NCBI GenBank assembly: GCA_023228325.1
Contig: JALOBK010000001.1
Span: 1,667,744-1,731,743 of the forward strand
Source of the DNA: a bacterium
GTDB taxonomy: Bacteria; Auribacterota; UBA6266
DNA length: 64,000 nucleotides
Reading direction: 5' to 3'
Below, one piece after another: positions 40,682 through 50,675 of this stretch; the stretch's first letter is position 1; every line of letters begins with the position of its first letter. Under the pieces are notes generated by a model, which saw only the letters and a program-made list of their open reading frames with translations, was not told the origin of the DNA and did not search any database. Made by a program: the position numbers and the translations under genes.

Positions 40682-41791
40682 ATGACAAACTGTTTAAAAC
40701 CACTGATATTGGGCGACCTGAAAATAGATATTCCTTTGGTTCAGGGGGGGATGGGCGTGAGGGTTTCCACTGCTCCTTTAGCCGGCGCGGTCGCGAATTG
40801 CGGAGCAGTCGGCACTATAGCCGGTGTGGGACTTGCGGATGAAGAAGATTGCATCGGCAGAGATAATTTTTTCAGGTCCTCCAGACAGGCGCTTGTCGAT
40901 GAGATACATAAAACAAGAGATTTGACCAAAGGTGTTATCGGCGTCAATCTTATGGTGGCTCTTACAAATTATGAAGATCTGGCGAGAGCTGCTGCCCGGG
41001 AAGATATAAATTTTATTGTTTCCGGGGCGGGTTTGCCGCTGAAACTGCCTGAGTTTACTCTCGGAACAGATGTAAAGCTTATACCCATAGTTTCATCCGG
41101 AAGAGTCGCGGAATTAATAATAAGAACATGGAAAAAAAGATATAACCGCGTTCCTGACGCGATAGTTATTGAAGGCCCTCTTGCCGGCGGCCACCTGGGA
41201 TATAAATTTGAAGAACTTGAATCTGATAAGGCCGATAATCTGGACCATATACTGGTTGAAGTCCTTAAAATAACCGGTGACTCGTCCTTAAAAATACCAA
41301 TTATTGTGGGAGGCGGTATTTTTGACGGTAATGATATTGCCCGGGTTCTGAATCTTGGGGCGAGCGGAGTCCAGATGGGCACAAGGTTTGTTACTACTAA
41401 TGAATGTTCTGTTTCAAATGAGTTTAAGCAGGCTTATCTCAATGCCAGTGAAAAAGATACTACAATAATTAAAAGCCCCGTAGGGTTACCCGGAAGGTCG
41501 ATAAAAACTAAATTTATTGATGATTTGCTGAAAGGCATTAAAGCGCCGTTTGAATGCAAGTTTAAGTGTCTTAAAACATGTGACCCGAAAACCGCCCCTT
41601 ATTGTATTGCCAAGGCGATGGTGAACGCGTTTAAAGGCAAGATAGACGACTCAGTCGTATTTGCCGGCAGCAGTGTTTTTAAGATAAAAAAGATTATTTC
41701 AGTTAAAGAATTAATCAATGAATTGATTTCCGAAACGTGCGCCGCTTTAGCTCCAAAAAATGCAGTGACTGCCCAAGTTTTTTCTTCCTAA
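40682..41791 (+). CDS. nitronate monooxygenase family / FabK-like NAD(P)H-dependent flavin oxidoreductase
   Basis: LVQGGMGVRVSTAPLAGAVANCGAVGTIAG, the NMO/2-nitropropane dioxygenase signature, in a TIM barrel. Confidence 0.7.
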   Translation: MTNCLKPLILGDLKIDIPLVQGGMGVRVSTAPLAGAVANCGAVGTIAGVGLADEEDCIGRDNFFRSSRQALVDEIHKTRDLTKGVIGVNLMVALTNYEDLARAAAREDINFIVSGAGLPLKLPEFTLGTDVKLIPIVSSGRVAELIIRTWKKRYNRVPDAIVIEGPLAGGHLGYKFEELESDKADNLDHILVEVLKITGDSSLKIPIIVGGGIFDGNDIARVLNLGASGVQMGTRFVTTNECSVSNEFKQAYLNASEKDTTIIKSPVGLPGRSIKTKFIDDLLKGIKAPFECKFKCLKTCDPKTAPYCIAKAMVNAFKGKIDDSVVFAGSSVFKIKKIISVKELINELISETCAALAPKNAVTAQVFSS

Positions 41792-41876
41792 AAACAGATC
41801 CTGTATTGACAGAATAGCCCAACGGGTGTATAGTAGTATATCTGAGTATACTCTATTATAAGTTAAGGAGGCTATT

Positions 41877-42968
41877 TTGATAGACAAAACTTCACATGTT
41901 CCTTTTTACCAGCAAGTTAAGAAATCTATTGAGGGAAGAGTAAAATCCGGCAGGCTTAAACCCGGAGATAGCATAGAATCTGAAAAAAGTCTTTGTAAGA
42001 TATACAATGTCAGCCAGATAACCATAAGGAAAGCAATTTCTGATCTTGTAAATATGGGTATTCTTTACAGGGTGCCCGGAAAAGGAACATTTCTTGCGTC
42101 TTTGAGTGAAAAAAGCAAGAGCCCGTTTTTGCTTAAAACGAATAATATCGGTTTTGTTATCTCCAGGGAACACCATCCGGCTTTTTCCAATCCATTTTAC
42201 TCGTTTGTATTCAGAGGTGTTGAATCGGAAGCGAGAGCGCACGGATATAACCTTTTTTATCAGCTTTTGGACCAGAACATAATTGCCGACATATCGAATT
42301 TTAAACTGGCAAGTGAAAATAAAGTGGATGGACTGCTTCTTGTGGGAGAAATACCTCATAATTTTATTATGGACATTAAAGATAAAGGAATACCTCTGGT
42401 GCTTGTCGACCATTATATAAATGATGCGGGGCTGGATTCAGTTGTGACCGAAAATGAAAAAGGCGCGTATCAGGTAGTCAAATATTTAATAGACCTGGGA
42501 CACAGAAAAATAGGTTTTTGGGGAGCTTCGCTCGACCATGGCACTTTTATGGAGAGGTTTAAAGGCTATAAGAAAGCTTTATCTGATTATGGCATCAAGT
42601 TCTCGGAAGATCTTATAGAAACAGTGTTGTTGATTGAAAATGACATTATTGTGGATAAGATGTTTAAATCGGAGAATATGCCGACTGCTGTTTTCGCATG
42701 TAATGACCTTGTCGCGATTAAAGTGATGTCCGCGTTGCAGGATCAGGGTCTGAAGGTGCCGGGTGATATAAGCATTGCCGGTTTTGATGATATCGAATTG
42801 AGTTCGCAGATCAGGCCTCCATTAACTACGGTTCGTGTCCAGAGAGAGCAGATGGGGGTTCTGGCGGTAAAAAAATTAATTAAAAACATAGAAAAAAAGA
42901 ATAATAAGAGCGAGAAAACTGTTTTGACCACAGAGCTTATGGTGAGACAGTCATGCAGAGCTATTTAA
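41877..42968 (+). CDS. GntR-family HTH regulator fused to a LacI/periplasmic-binding-protein-type sugar-binding domain (AraR-like)
   Basis: N-terminal GntR wHTH (YNVSQITIRKAISDLVNMGILYRVPGKGTFLA) and a C-terminal PBP type I fold. Confidence 0.7.
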   Translation: MIDKTSHVPFYQQVKKSIEGRVKSGRLKPGDSIESEKSLCKIYNVSQITIRKAISDLVNMGILYRVPGKGTFLASLSEKSKSPFLLKTNNIGFVISREHHPAFSNPFYSFVFRGVESEARAHGYNLFYQLLDQNIIADISNFKLASENKVDGLLLVGEIPHNFIMDIKDKGIPLVLVDHYINDAGLDSVVTENEKGAYQVVKYLIDLGHRKIGFWGASLDHGTFMERFKGYKKALSDYGIKFSEDLIETVLLIENDIIVDKMFKSENMPTAVFACNDLVAIKVMSALQDQGLKVPGDISIAGFDDIELSSQIRPPLTTVRVQREQMGVLAVKKLIKNIEKKNNKSEKTVLTTELMVRQSCRAI

Positions 42969-42982
42969 CAAAGGAGGATTTA

Positions 42983-43558
42983 ATGAAGCGGTTTTTCGGT
43001 TGGATTGCGGTTATGTTTATTGTTACAGCTTTCGCAGGCGCTTTATCGGCGGAAGAATATATCTGGGAAGGATTTGAAGGCGGTGTTATATGGGTGCCTG
43101 TGGAATGGGAGAATACCGGCGGCGCAGAGCTTTCAAAAAGTTCCGATCAGGTTAGCGAAGGTAAAAATGCTTTGAAGGTTGATATTATCGAGGAATCGGA
43201 AGACTGGAGAGAGAAAGTAGGTTTTTCGCGCGAAGATTATTTGAATCTTGAAGGGACAAAGATAATAATGGATATCTACTGCCCGTATCCTTTCGGGTAC
43301 TCCGTCTCTCTGGGGTTTGATGCAGGGCCTGAGTGGACATATTATGAAACACCGCGTATCGCTCTTTCGCAGGGCTGGAACAAAAACATTACTTTTGATA
43401 TGACTAAAGATGATTTCAAATGTAAAGCCAGCGACTGGCAATATAACCAAAAGCTTGAAGACAAAAATTCAGTAAAGAAAATACATGTATTGATTTACAG
43501 GCCCGCTAAACTTGAGCCTCAGGTTGTTTATGTCGATAACATAAGGCTGGCGAAATAG
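42983..43558 (+). CDS. hypothetical secreted protein, possibly carbohydrate-binding
   Basis: Start at ATG 42983 after an AAGGAGG RBS, with a signal peptide. It lies downstream of the sugar regulator. Confidence 0.4.
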   Translation: MKRFFGWIAVMFIVTAFAGALSAEEYIWEGFEGGVIWVPVEWENTGGAELSKSSDQVSEGKNALKVDIIEESEDWREKVGFSREDYLNLEGTKIIMDIYCPYPFGYSVSLGFDAGPEWTYYETPRIALSQGWNKNITFDMTKDDFKCKASDWQYNQKLEDKNSVKKIHVLIYRPAKLEPQVVYVDNIRLAK

Positions 43559-43598
43559 TTTGTATTGAATAAAGGTAAAAAAGGGCAGAAGATAAAAG

Positions 43599-45269
43599 TT
43601 AATAATCGAAGGCGCTTCCTCCGATGAATTCTCTTAAGATCGACGCGGGCGGAGTCTGATTCGGGGATATGGCTACAAATAAATTCAGAAAATCCAGAAG
43701 CCTGGTGGCTTCAACGTATTCCCTGCGGTCGGCGCGGACTTCAAGGAGAAATCTTTCAGCGAATATCTTCAGAACGGCATATTCATAAACCAGGGCGGAA
43801 TTGAAAATTATATCCGCGCCGTCCTGATATGGGAAAATGTATTGTTCTTCGCCTTTTCGCACCGAGTACCATCTTGATAATGTGTCTGCGGCGCTGTAAC
43901 CTCTGAACATGCAATCTCTTATTAAGCGTCGCAGCAGCCTTGTATCGGATGTAAATATCCGGTTGTGATCATCAATGCACAGTTGAGTCAACGCGCTTAA
44001 ATATATTTTTAATTTTTTCTCTTTGCCTATATCAGGCAGGATACCCGGATTAATAGCGTGCAGGCCTTCGATTATTATTACAAAATCTTTATCTTTGGGG
44101 ATACGGCAGGAAGTTCCCGCCACCTGTTTTCCCTCGCTGAAACTGAATTTATTAAGTATTGTTTTTTTGCCCGCAAGAAGGTTGGCGATATCTTTATTAA
44201 ATGATTTGATATTAAGAGCGCCTGGGGTTTCAAAGTCATATTCTCCATACTCATCAAGAGGCGATTTTTCCCTGTCCAGAAAATAATCATCAAGTGAAAT
44301 GGGGATGGAGTGTATGTTGTTTACCGCAAGCTGTACGGAAAGGCGCTTTATGCTGGTTGTTTTCCCTGAAGCGGAAGGGCCTGCCACAAGTATAACTTTT
44401 ATTTTTCTGTTATTTTTGATTTTGTCGCATATCTGTATTATCTTTTTTTCGTGAAGAGCTTCAGCCACTTTTATTGCCTCGGAGATATTTCCGTTTATAC
44501 ATATATTATTGAGGTCGCTTACCGTTCTCACTCCTATAATCTTGTTCCATTCTTTTGTTTCCATATAAGTCTTAAACAGGGAAGGGTTGGGGGGGATTTT
44601 TGGTGTCAGGTCCGGTTTTTCAGGATCGGGAAATACAAGTATAAAGCCTTTATTATATAACTGGAGATCGAATATCCGGGCAAACCCGGTATGAGGAAGC
44701 ATAGGCCCGTAGGATATATCTGAAAATCCCGCGCAGGTTACGATTCTTGTGTCAGGGCCTTTAAGGGTTTCCAGAAGTTTTACTTTCTGCGGATACCCCA
44801 GTTTTATAAAAAGCTTTATGGCTGATTGTTTGGGATAAAGCTCGTGGATAAAAGGAATTCTTTGCTTTATTATTTCGCGCATCCTGTTTTTGATTTTTTT
44901 AAGCGCGGAATCCGTCATTTTTATTTTTGGGTCTCCGAAGTCATAGTAATAACCGTTTGATATGGATTGTCCTATTTCCAGCCGGCTTTCCGGAAAAAGG
45001 GCTTTTACCGAAGCATGAAGTATGAATGAAAGGCTGCGCCTGTAAACCGAAGCGCCCACTCTGTCCTTATAACTGATAAGTTCGACAACAGAGTCTGTTT
45101 TAAGCTTGTAATCAAGGTCGAAAAGGCAGTTGTCTATTATGGCGGCGATAGGCGGGGGAGACAGCCTTATGCCTTTTTCCTCAAGAATCCTGAAAATAGG
45201 TTTTTTTGATTTTACCTGAATACTTTTTTTAAAGTTGCTGCCTGTAAAAGTAATTTTCATTGTCCGCAT
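43599..45269 (-). CDS. uridine kinase/phosphoribulokinase-family P-loop kinase with N-terminal TGS and ThrRS-like second additional domains
   Basis: P-loop VAGPSASGKTT in the C-terminal half. The N-terminal ubiquitin-like TGS region resembles the ThrRS N-terminus. Confidence 0.6.
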   Translation of the reverse strand: MRTMKITFTGSNFKKSIQVKSKKPIFRILEEKGIRLSPPPIAAIIDNCLFDLDYKLKTDSVVELISYKDRVGASVYRRSLSFILHASVKALFPESRLEIGQSISNGYYYDFGDPKIKMTDSALKKIKNRMREIIKQRIPFIHELYPKQSAIKLFIKLGYPQKVKLLETLKGPDTRIVTCAGFSDISYGPMLPHTGFARIFDLQLYNKGFILVFPDPEKPDLTPKIPPNPSLFKTYMETKEWNKIIGVRTVSDLNNICINGNISEAIKVAEALHEKKIIQICDKIKNNRKIKVILVAGPSASGKTTSIKRLSVQLAVNNIHSIPISLDDYFLDREKSPLDEYGEYDFETPGALNIKSFNKDIANLLAGKKTILNKFSFSEGKQVAGTSCRIPKDKDFVIIIEGLHAINPGILPDIGKEKKLKIYLSALTQLCIDDHNRIFTSDTRLLRRLIRDCMFRGYSAADTLSRWYSVRKGEEQYIFPYQDGADIIFNSALVYEYAVLKIFAERFLLEVRADRREYVEATRLLDFLNLFVAISPNQTPPASILREFIGGSAFDY

Positions 45270-45389
45270 TCCTGTTTTTCTATTATATCAGTTTATACTA
45301 AAACATTAAAAAGTTCCAATCAAGAAAACATGTTTGTCTTTGGGTACTCAATGTGTTATATCTATTCCATTAAAGGCGGGATATATTTT

Positions 45390-46283
45390 ATGCCAGAAAA
45401 AAGCAAATATAAGTTCACTCCGGTTTTAGGATGGTCCGTAAGCAGATACGACACGTTTAAAAAGTGTAAACGGCAGTATTATTATCAGTATTACGGCAAA
45501 TACGATAAAGAGGTAAGCCAATCGAAGATAAATTCCCTGAAATATCTTACGAGCATTCCTTTGGAAATAGGGAATGTCGTCCATGATGTGATTGCGGTCC
45601 TTCTTAACCGGCTGAAAAAAACGCAGGAGCAGCTTAATGTTGAAAAATTTATAGATTTTTCGAGCCGCGAATCTGAAAAGCAGATCAAAAAGAAAAATTT
45701 TTTTGAAACATATTACGGCATAAAAGAGAAAATTCTGATTTCCGATTTGTATCCAAAGGTCGAAACCTGTCTTGAATCTTTTTTAAACAGCAATTGGAAA
45801 AATTGGGTTTTTTCTGAAGGGATAAAAAACAGCGATAAGTGGATTGTAGAGCCGGGAGATTTTGGCGAGACCAGGGTTAACGGCCTTAAAGCTTATCTTA
45901 AAGTAGATTTTTTATTTCCGAAAGACGGGAAATTTGTTGTTCTTGACTGGAAAACCGGGAAAAAAGATGCAGACAAACATGAAAACCAGCTTATAGGGTA
46001 TGTTTATTATGCAATGATGAAGTTCGGATTTTATCCTCACGCGGATAAAGTCGACGCATATATTATTTATCTGGGAGAAGATTATGATGAATTAAAAGCG
46101 GTTATAAATGAGTATGACATCTCCCGCTTTGAGGACAAGACTAAGGAAGAAACGGAAAATATGTATAAGTATTGCTGTGACGTTGCAAATAATATTCCTG
46201 TCGGAAAAGAGGAGTTTAAGATGACGGACAACCTGAATATTTGCAGGTTTTGCAATTATAAGGAGTTATGCGGAAGAGCCTGA
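45390..46283 (+). CDS. PD-(D/E)XK nuclease family protein (Cas4/RecB-like) with C-terminal Cys cluster
   Basis: VLDWKTGKK core, a C-terminal CRFCNYKELC and an N-terminal Cys (CKRQYYY), consistent with a Cas4-like four-Cys arrangement. I take the start as ATG 45390. Confidence 0.55.
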   Translation: MPEKSKYKFTPVLGWSVSRYDTFKKCKRQYYYQYYGKYDKEVSQSKINSLKYLTSIPLEIGNVVHDVIAVLLNRLKKTQEQLNVEKFIDFSSRESEKQIKKKNFFETYYGIKEKILISDLYPKVETCLESFLNSNWKNWVFSEGIKNSDKWIVEPGDFGETRVNGLKAYLKVDFLFPKDGKFVVLDWKTGKKDADKHENQLIGYVYYAMMKFGFYPHADKVDAYIIYLGEDYDELKAVINEYDISRFEDKTKEETENMYKYCCDVANNIPVGKEEFKMTDNLNICRFCNYKELCGRA

Positions 46284-46306
46284 GAAGAGAATTTAAAATA
46301 GAAAAA

Positions 46307-46462
46307 TTGTAACCACAGATGACGCACCTGCCTACGGCAGGCAGGGATTTACACACTTGCCCGCCTCTGGCGGGGATGGAAAAAAATAAAAGAAAAAATA
46401 ACTTATATAATAAAAATTAAAATAGTTTTATCTGTGATTATCTGTGCTATCTGTGGTTGTAA
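46307..46462. repeat. inverted-repeat-bounded element (MITE-like, about 156 bp) with internal GC hairpins and three tandem ATCTGTG iterons
   Basis: The 14-nt IR arms TTGTAACCACAGAT (46307-20) and ATCTGTGGTTGTAA (46449-62) match at 13 of 14 positions. Internal hairpins are CCTGCC-TACG-GCAGG and CCCGCC-TCTG-GCGGGG. Three tandem repeats ATCTGTGATT/ATCTGTGCT/ATCTGTGGTT sit at 46430-46459. Confidence 0.5.
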
Positions 46463-46485
46463 AAAAAGTTTTTTGAGGTATTCTC

Positions 46486-47517
46486 ATGAAAACAAGAAAA
46501 CTGGGCGGTTCAAATCTTAATTTGAGCGTTATCGGCCTCGGAGCGTGGGCGATTGGAGGTTCGGGATGGGCTTACGGCTGGGGAGACCAGTCCGATAAAA
46601 ATTCAGTTGAAGCCATTAAAAGAAGCATGGATTTGGGAGTGAACTGGATAGATACGGCTCCTGTTTACGGTTTGGGGCATTCCGAAGAAATAGTGGGAAA
46701 AGCAATTAAAGGCTTAAGGGATAAGTTTTATATAGCTACAAAGTGCGGGCTCATATGGGATGCAAAAGGCAAGTTAGGGTATGATTTATCCGCCGAAAGC
46801 GTGAGAAAAGAAGCGGAAAACAGCCTTGCGAGATTAAAAATCAGCTATATAGATCTTTATCAGATTCACTGGCCTTTTCCCGACGAAAAAATTGAAGAGG
46901 CATGGGAAGAGATAATGCGGCTTAAGGATGAAGGCAAAATAAGATATGGGGGAGTGTCTAACTTTAATGTGCCGCAGATTCAGAGAATCCTGAAAATAGG
47001 GCCTGTTGTATCGCTGCAGCCGCCTTATAATATGTTAAACAGGGCAATTGAGAAGGATATAATCAATTTTTGCGCGGATAATAATATCGGAATTGTCGCA
47101 TATAGCCCGATGTCATGCGGGCTGTTGACCGGTAAATATGACAGGGCCAAAATAAGTTCTCTCCCTGAAGATGACTGGAGGAAAAAAGAAAACGGTGAGT
47201 TCAGGGAACCTAACCTGGAAGTCAATCTGTGGCTGATAGAAGAATTGAAAAAAGTTGCTGATGAACTTGATACTACCGTTGCCCGGTTATCGCTTGCCTG
47301 GGTTATTAACAGGGAGTCTGTTACAGCGGCGATTGCGGGAACGCGCAATAAAAAGCAGATAGAGGAAACCGCTCCGGCATCCGGCATAATTCTTAGCGTG
47401 GATATAATGGACAGAATCGGGAAACTTCTCAAAATCAGGGATGAAAAACTGGGAATCATACATGAACTCAGGAAAAGTTTGCCGGGAAAATATAAAGGGA
47501 ATAAGGAGAAAAAATAA
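46486..47517 (+). CDS. aldo/keto reductase
   Basis: The AKR core IDTAPVYGLGHSEE and GVSNF. 343 aa. Confidence 0.8.
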   Translation: MKTRKLGGSNLNLSVIGLGAWAIGGSGWAYGWGDQSDKNSVEAIKRSMDLGVNWIDTAPVYGLGHSEEIVGKAIKGLRDKFYIATKCGLIWDAKGKLGYDLSAESVRKEAENSLARLKISYIDLYQIHWPFPDEKIEEAWEEIMRLKDEGKIRYGGVSNFNVPQIQRILKIGPVVSLQPPYNMLNRAIEKDIINFCADNNIGIVAYSPMSCGLLTGKYDRAKISSLPEDDWRKKENGEFREPNLEVNLWLIEELKKVADELDTTVARLSLAWVINRESVTAAIAGTRNKKQIEETAPASGIILSVDIMDRIGKLLKIRDEKLGIIHELRKSLPGKYKGNKEKK

Positions 47518-47852
47518 TGACAGGTAAATTTGTTGTTTTATCGGGTATTTTACTGCTGTTTTTTTGCATGCCGGGCGCTTTTTGCGATGATGATAATGTA
47601 GTTTCGGAATCAGTAAAAAGTGTCGGCAATCTTGTTGTGGAAACCACCAAAGCCGTCGGCAATGTCCTTGAGACTACGGCCAAAACATTTGACCCGGACG
47701 AAAATCCTACCGGAGGAAACAAAGGTTATATAATCAGCGATTCCGATATCGATGAGCGCTCGAAAGAGATAACACAGGCTGTTTCCGAAGATAAATTCTC
47801 CGGACAGAAATACCGCGGCAAGCTCACGACCGGCACGTATAACGGGAAATAG
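47517..47852 (+). CDS. small secreted protein with internal repeat (VVETTKAVGNVLETTAK)
   Basis: Signal peptide. Start overlaps the AKR stop. Confidence 0.4.
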   Translation: MTGKFVVLSGILLLFFCMPGAFCDDDNVVSESVKSVGNLVVETTKAVGNVLETTAKTFDPDENPTGGNKGYIISDSDIDERSKEITQAVSEDKFSGQKYRGKLTTGTYNGK

Positions 47853-47855
47853 CTT

Positions 47856-48218
47856 TTATTTCCTTATTTTTAAATTGCTTTTGTATCCCCTGACACCCGG
47901 CACAGACATTATCGCCTGCTGGATTTTGTCTTTTTGTTCCAGGGAATCGACGTTTCCGCTGACAGTCACAATGCTGTCTTTTACCAATATTTCTAATTCT
48001 TCAACAGGGACTATGTCGGCTTTTTTTAAGGTATCCGTAACCTTATCCTGTATATCTTTGTTGGAGATAACATTTATTTTACTGCTGCCGAAATTGGTTC
48101 CCGTAGAGACTTTTTCCTGGAGAGACGCCTCTTTTTCTCTCTTTGCCCTGGATTTGTCCGCGCAATAAGCGGATGAAAAGGTAAACATTAAAACCAGCAA
48201 GAAAATAATGTATTTCAT
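47856..48218 (-). CDS. BON domain-containing secreted protein
   Basis: Signal peptide from MKYIIFLLVLMF. BON-like VTVSGNVDSLEQKDKIQQAIMSVPGVRG. Confidence 0.55.
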   Translation of the reverse strand: MKYIIFLLVLMFTFSSAYCADKSRAKREKEASLQEKVSTGTNFGSSKINVISNKDIQDKVTDTLKKADIVPVEELEILVKDSIVTVSGNVDSLEQKDKIQQAIMSVPGVRGYKSNLKIRK

Positions 48219-48318
48219 AATGCCCTCCTGTGATGGATGAGATAGTATATAGCTTTTTATGTATAATTGCAAGTTAGTTGATGACTATAAAATTACGATT
48301 TGATATCATTTATAAACT

Positions 48319-49749
48319 ATGAAACAGGTTTTTCTTCAATTTGGAGACAGCAATTTTATAAGGGCTTTTTTTGACCCTATTGTCCACGAGCTTAACAAAA
48401 AGGAGCCGACAGGTTCCGTGATAGTCATACAGCCGCACCGCTCGGGAAGGGTCAAGGAACTGCAGAACCAGAGCAACCTGTATACCCTGGTGCTCCGGGG
48501 AAATCCCAAAACGGGCCGTATCGACAGGAAAGAAATAATTAACTGCATATCCGAATCAATAAATCCCTACGTTGATTATAAGAGTTTTTCAGAGCTTTAT
48601 AAGAGAGACGATCTGCGTTTCATAATCTCGGACGATAAATCGGATAAATGCCATGCCGAACCCAACGAGCAGATTACTGCGAAACCGCCGGAAAATATTG
48701 CCGGTAAAATAGCGTTATTCCTTTTTAAGAGGTTTAAGCATTTTAAAGGGAATAGCGATAAGGGAATGATATTGCTTCCATGCGAAAATACCTGCGACAA
48801 CGGGGAATTGTTGAAAAACGCGGTCATTAAAACGGCAAAATACTGGTGTCTTGGCGAAGGGTTCCTTAAATGGCTGAATACAAGTTGTTTTTTTCTTTCT
48901 ACGGTGTGTGACAGGATAGTGACGGGTTTCCCTTTCGGGGAAGCAGAGCGTATTGAAAAGGAAATGGGGTATTCCGACCGTTTAATACTTGAGGCCGAAC
49001 CTTTTTACAGGTGGGTAATCAAAGGGCCCAAGAAGCTCGCCAGAGAAATACCCTTTATTAAGCCCTATCTGAATGTTCTTTATACGGATGACATTTCTTA
49101 TTATTATGATATAAGAGAGAAAGTTTATAAGGAAACTTTGACTTTTGTCTATCTGTTGAAGACCCTGATTAACGCGAAAAATTTTTCGGAAATATGCAAT
49201 AACAGGATTTATTCGAAATTTATTAAAAATATGGTTTTTCATGAGATTCTGCCCTCCGTAAAAGAAGTGGGGGAAAAACACATCAAAGATTCCGAAAATA
49301 TTATCGAGAGGCTGAACAACCCTTATATAGGCGATGGAAAATCATTTGTTCTGATAAACGGGAGCATAAGCCCGGCGCGCGATTTCCTGGAAACAGTAAG
49401 GCAGTATATGGCGAATACGGGAAAAGCGCCCGTCCATCTGATTTTCTCTTTTGCTTTGAGGGTATATTTCTGCAGCAAAGACAAATATGTCAAAGACCTG
49501 GCGGCAAAAGATGTTTTTGTGAGATTTTTGAATAAAATATGGAAAGTGGCGGGTAAATCCACAAAAGGCATTCAGTTAATGAGCAGAAAGATAATTGATT
49601 CCAAATTGGTATGGGAGCACGAGGATACGAAAGACATAAAGGCTATCAGAAGGTTATTACAGCTTTTTATTATTAATCTTACGAGGTTTGGCCCCGGAAA
49701 ATCCATTGAGAGGATTATATTAAGAAAAAAAGGGAAAGGAATAAAATGA
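48319..49749 (+). CDS. mannitol dehydrogenase family protein (altronate/tagaturonate oxidoreductase UxaB-like)
   Basis: The N-terminal QFGDSNFIRAFFDPIV matches the UxaB QFGEGNFLRAFVDW motif. LLPCENTCDNGELLK is similar to the family's catalytic region. Confidence 0.6.
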   Translation: MKQVFLQFGDSNFIRAFFDPIVHELNKKEPTGSVIVIQPHRSGRVKELQNQSNLYTLVLRGNPKTGRIDRKEIINCISESINPYVDYKSFSELYKRDDLRFIISDDKSDKCHAEPNEQITAKPPENIAGKIALFLFKRFKHFKGNSDKGMILLPCENTCDNGELLKNAVIKTAKYWCLGEGFLKWLNTSCFFLSTVCDRIVTGFPFGEAERIEKEMGYSDRLILEAEPFYRWVIKGPKKLAREIPFIKPYLNVLYTDDISYYYDIREKVYKETLTFVYLLKTLINAKNFSEICNNRIYSKFIKNMVFHEILPSVKEVGEKHIKDSENIIERLNNPYIGDGKSFVLINGSISPARDFLETVRQYMANTGKAPVHLIFSFALRVYFCSKDKYVKDLAAKDVFVRFLNKIWKVAGKSTKGIQLMSRKIIDSKLVWEHEDTKDIKAIRRLLQLFIINLTRFGPGKSIERIILRKKGKGIK

Positions 49750-50675
49750 CAAAGCCGCACAGCATTTTGAAGGACGGTAAATATTTATTGTTGATTTTTA
49801 TGGTTTTTGCGTGCCATAAGGATTGCCTTTCAAAGCAGGCATACACCGAAAAGGAAAAAAGGGAAATTATAATTGAATGTTATGAGACAGGCATCAGCGA
49901 ATATCAATCCGGTAATTACAGCGCGGCGAAATCTGAGTTTGATAAAATATTAAAGTTCGATCCGGATAACAAAAAAGCTCAAAGATACGCGCTTAAGTGC
50001 AAGGAGAAACTCAAACCTGAAAACGTTGATGAGCAGGATGAAACGCTAAACTCCGGCGAATCCGGCGAAGTGATTACCGAACCCGATGCCATAGAGGAGA
50101 TTGCGGAGGGAAAAGCTCCGGAGGATATATCAATTAGTGAAGGGGATGATAGCGCAGCGCCGGGGGAAACTTCCGAAGAAGTCATGCTTTCGGTTCAAAC
50201 GGCTAAACTTATGGATGAAGGGGTAAACTGTTACAGAAACGGTGAGCATGAGAAAGCGAAAGAGATTTTTGAACAAGTCCTTTCTTCAGACAGTTCGAAT
50301 AAAAAGGCGAAGAGATACATTAAAAGGTGCGATGACAGGATAGCGAAAAAAGAGAAGGTGAGGGAAAAAGAGCTTGCGCGGGAGGAAAAGGAAAAACAAA
50401 AGGGAAAAGCGCTGGAAGAGAAAATTGCGTTAGAGAAGAAAAACAAGCAGTTACCGCCTCCGGTTGCTGTAAAGGAAGAACCCGAAAAAGCGGCTGACTC
50501 AACCGCAGTTGTCTCGGATAATGAAGATGCCGGAGCTCTTTATAAAGCAGCTTTGCTTGAATACAGGAAGCAGAATTACAAAAAAGCCGTTGAAATGTTC
50601 AGGGCGGTATTGGAAAAAGATCCCGGTAATGAAAAAGCCGGAATGTATATTAAAGCCGCTGAACGCAAGTTATAA
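49746..50675 (+). CDS. TPR-repeat lipoprotein with acidic low-complexity and coiled-coil region
   Basis: Three TPR-like units, each followed by NKKAxRY, and a charged EK-rich coiled coil. Confidence 0.45.
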   Translation: MTKPHSILKDGKYLLLIFMVFACHKDCLSKQAYTEKEKREIIIECYETGISEYQSGNYSAAKSEFDKILKFDPDNKKAQRYALKCKEKLKPENVDEQDETLNSGESGEVITEPDAIEEIAEGKAPEDISISEGDDSAAPGETSEEVMLSVQTAKLMDEGVNCYRNGEHEKAKEIFEQVLSSDSSNKKAKRYIKRCDDRIAKKEKVREKELAREEKEKQKGKALEEKIALEKKNKQLPPPVAVKEEPEKAADSTAVVSDNEDAGALYKAALLEYRKQNYKKAVEMFRAVLEKDPGNEKAGMYIKAAERKL

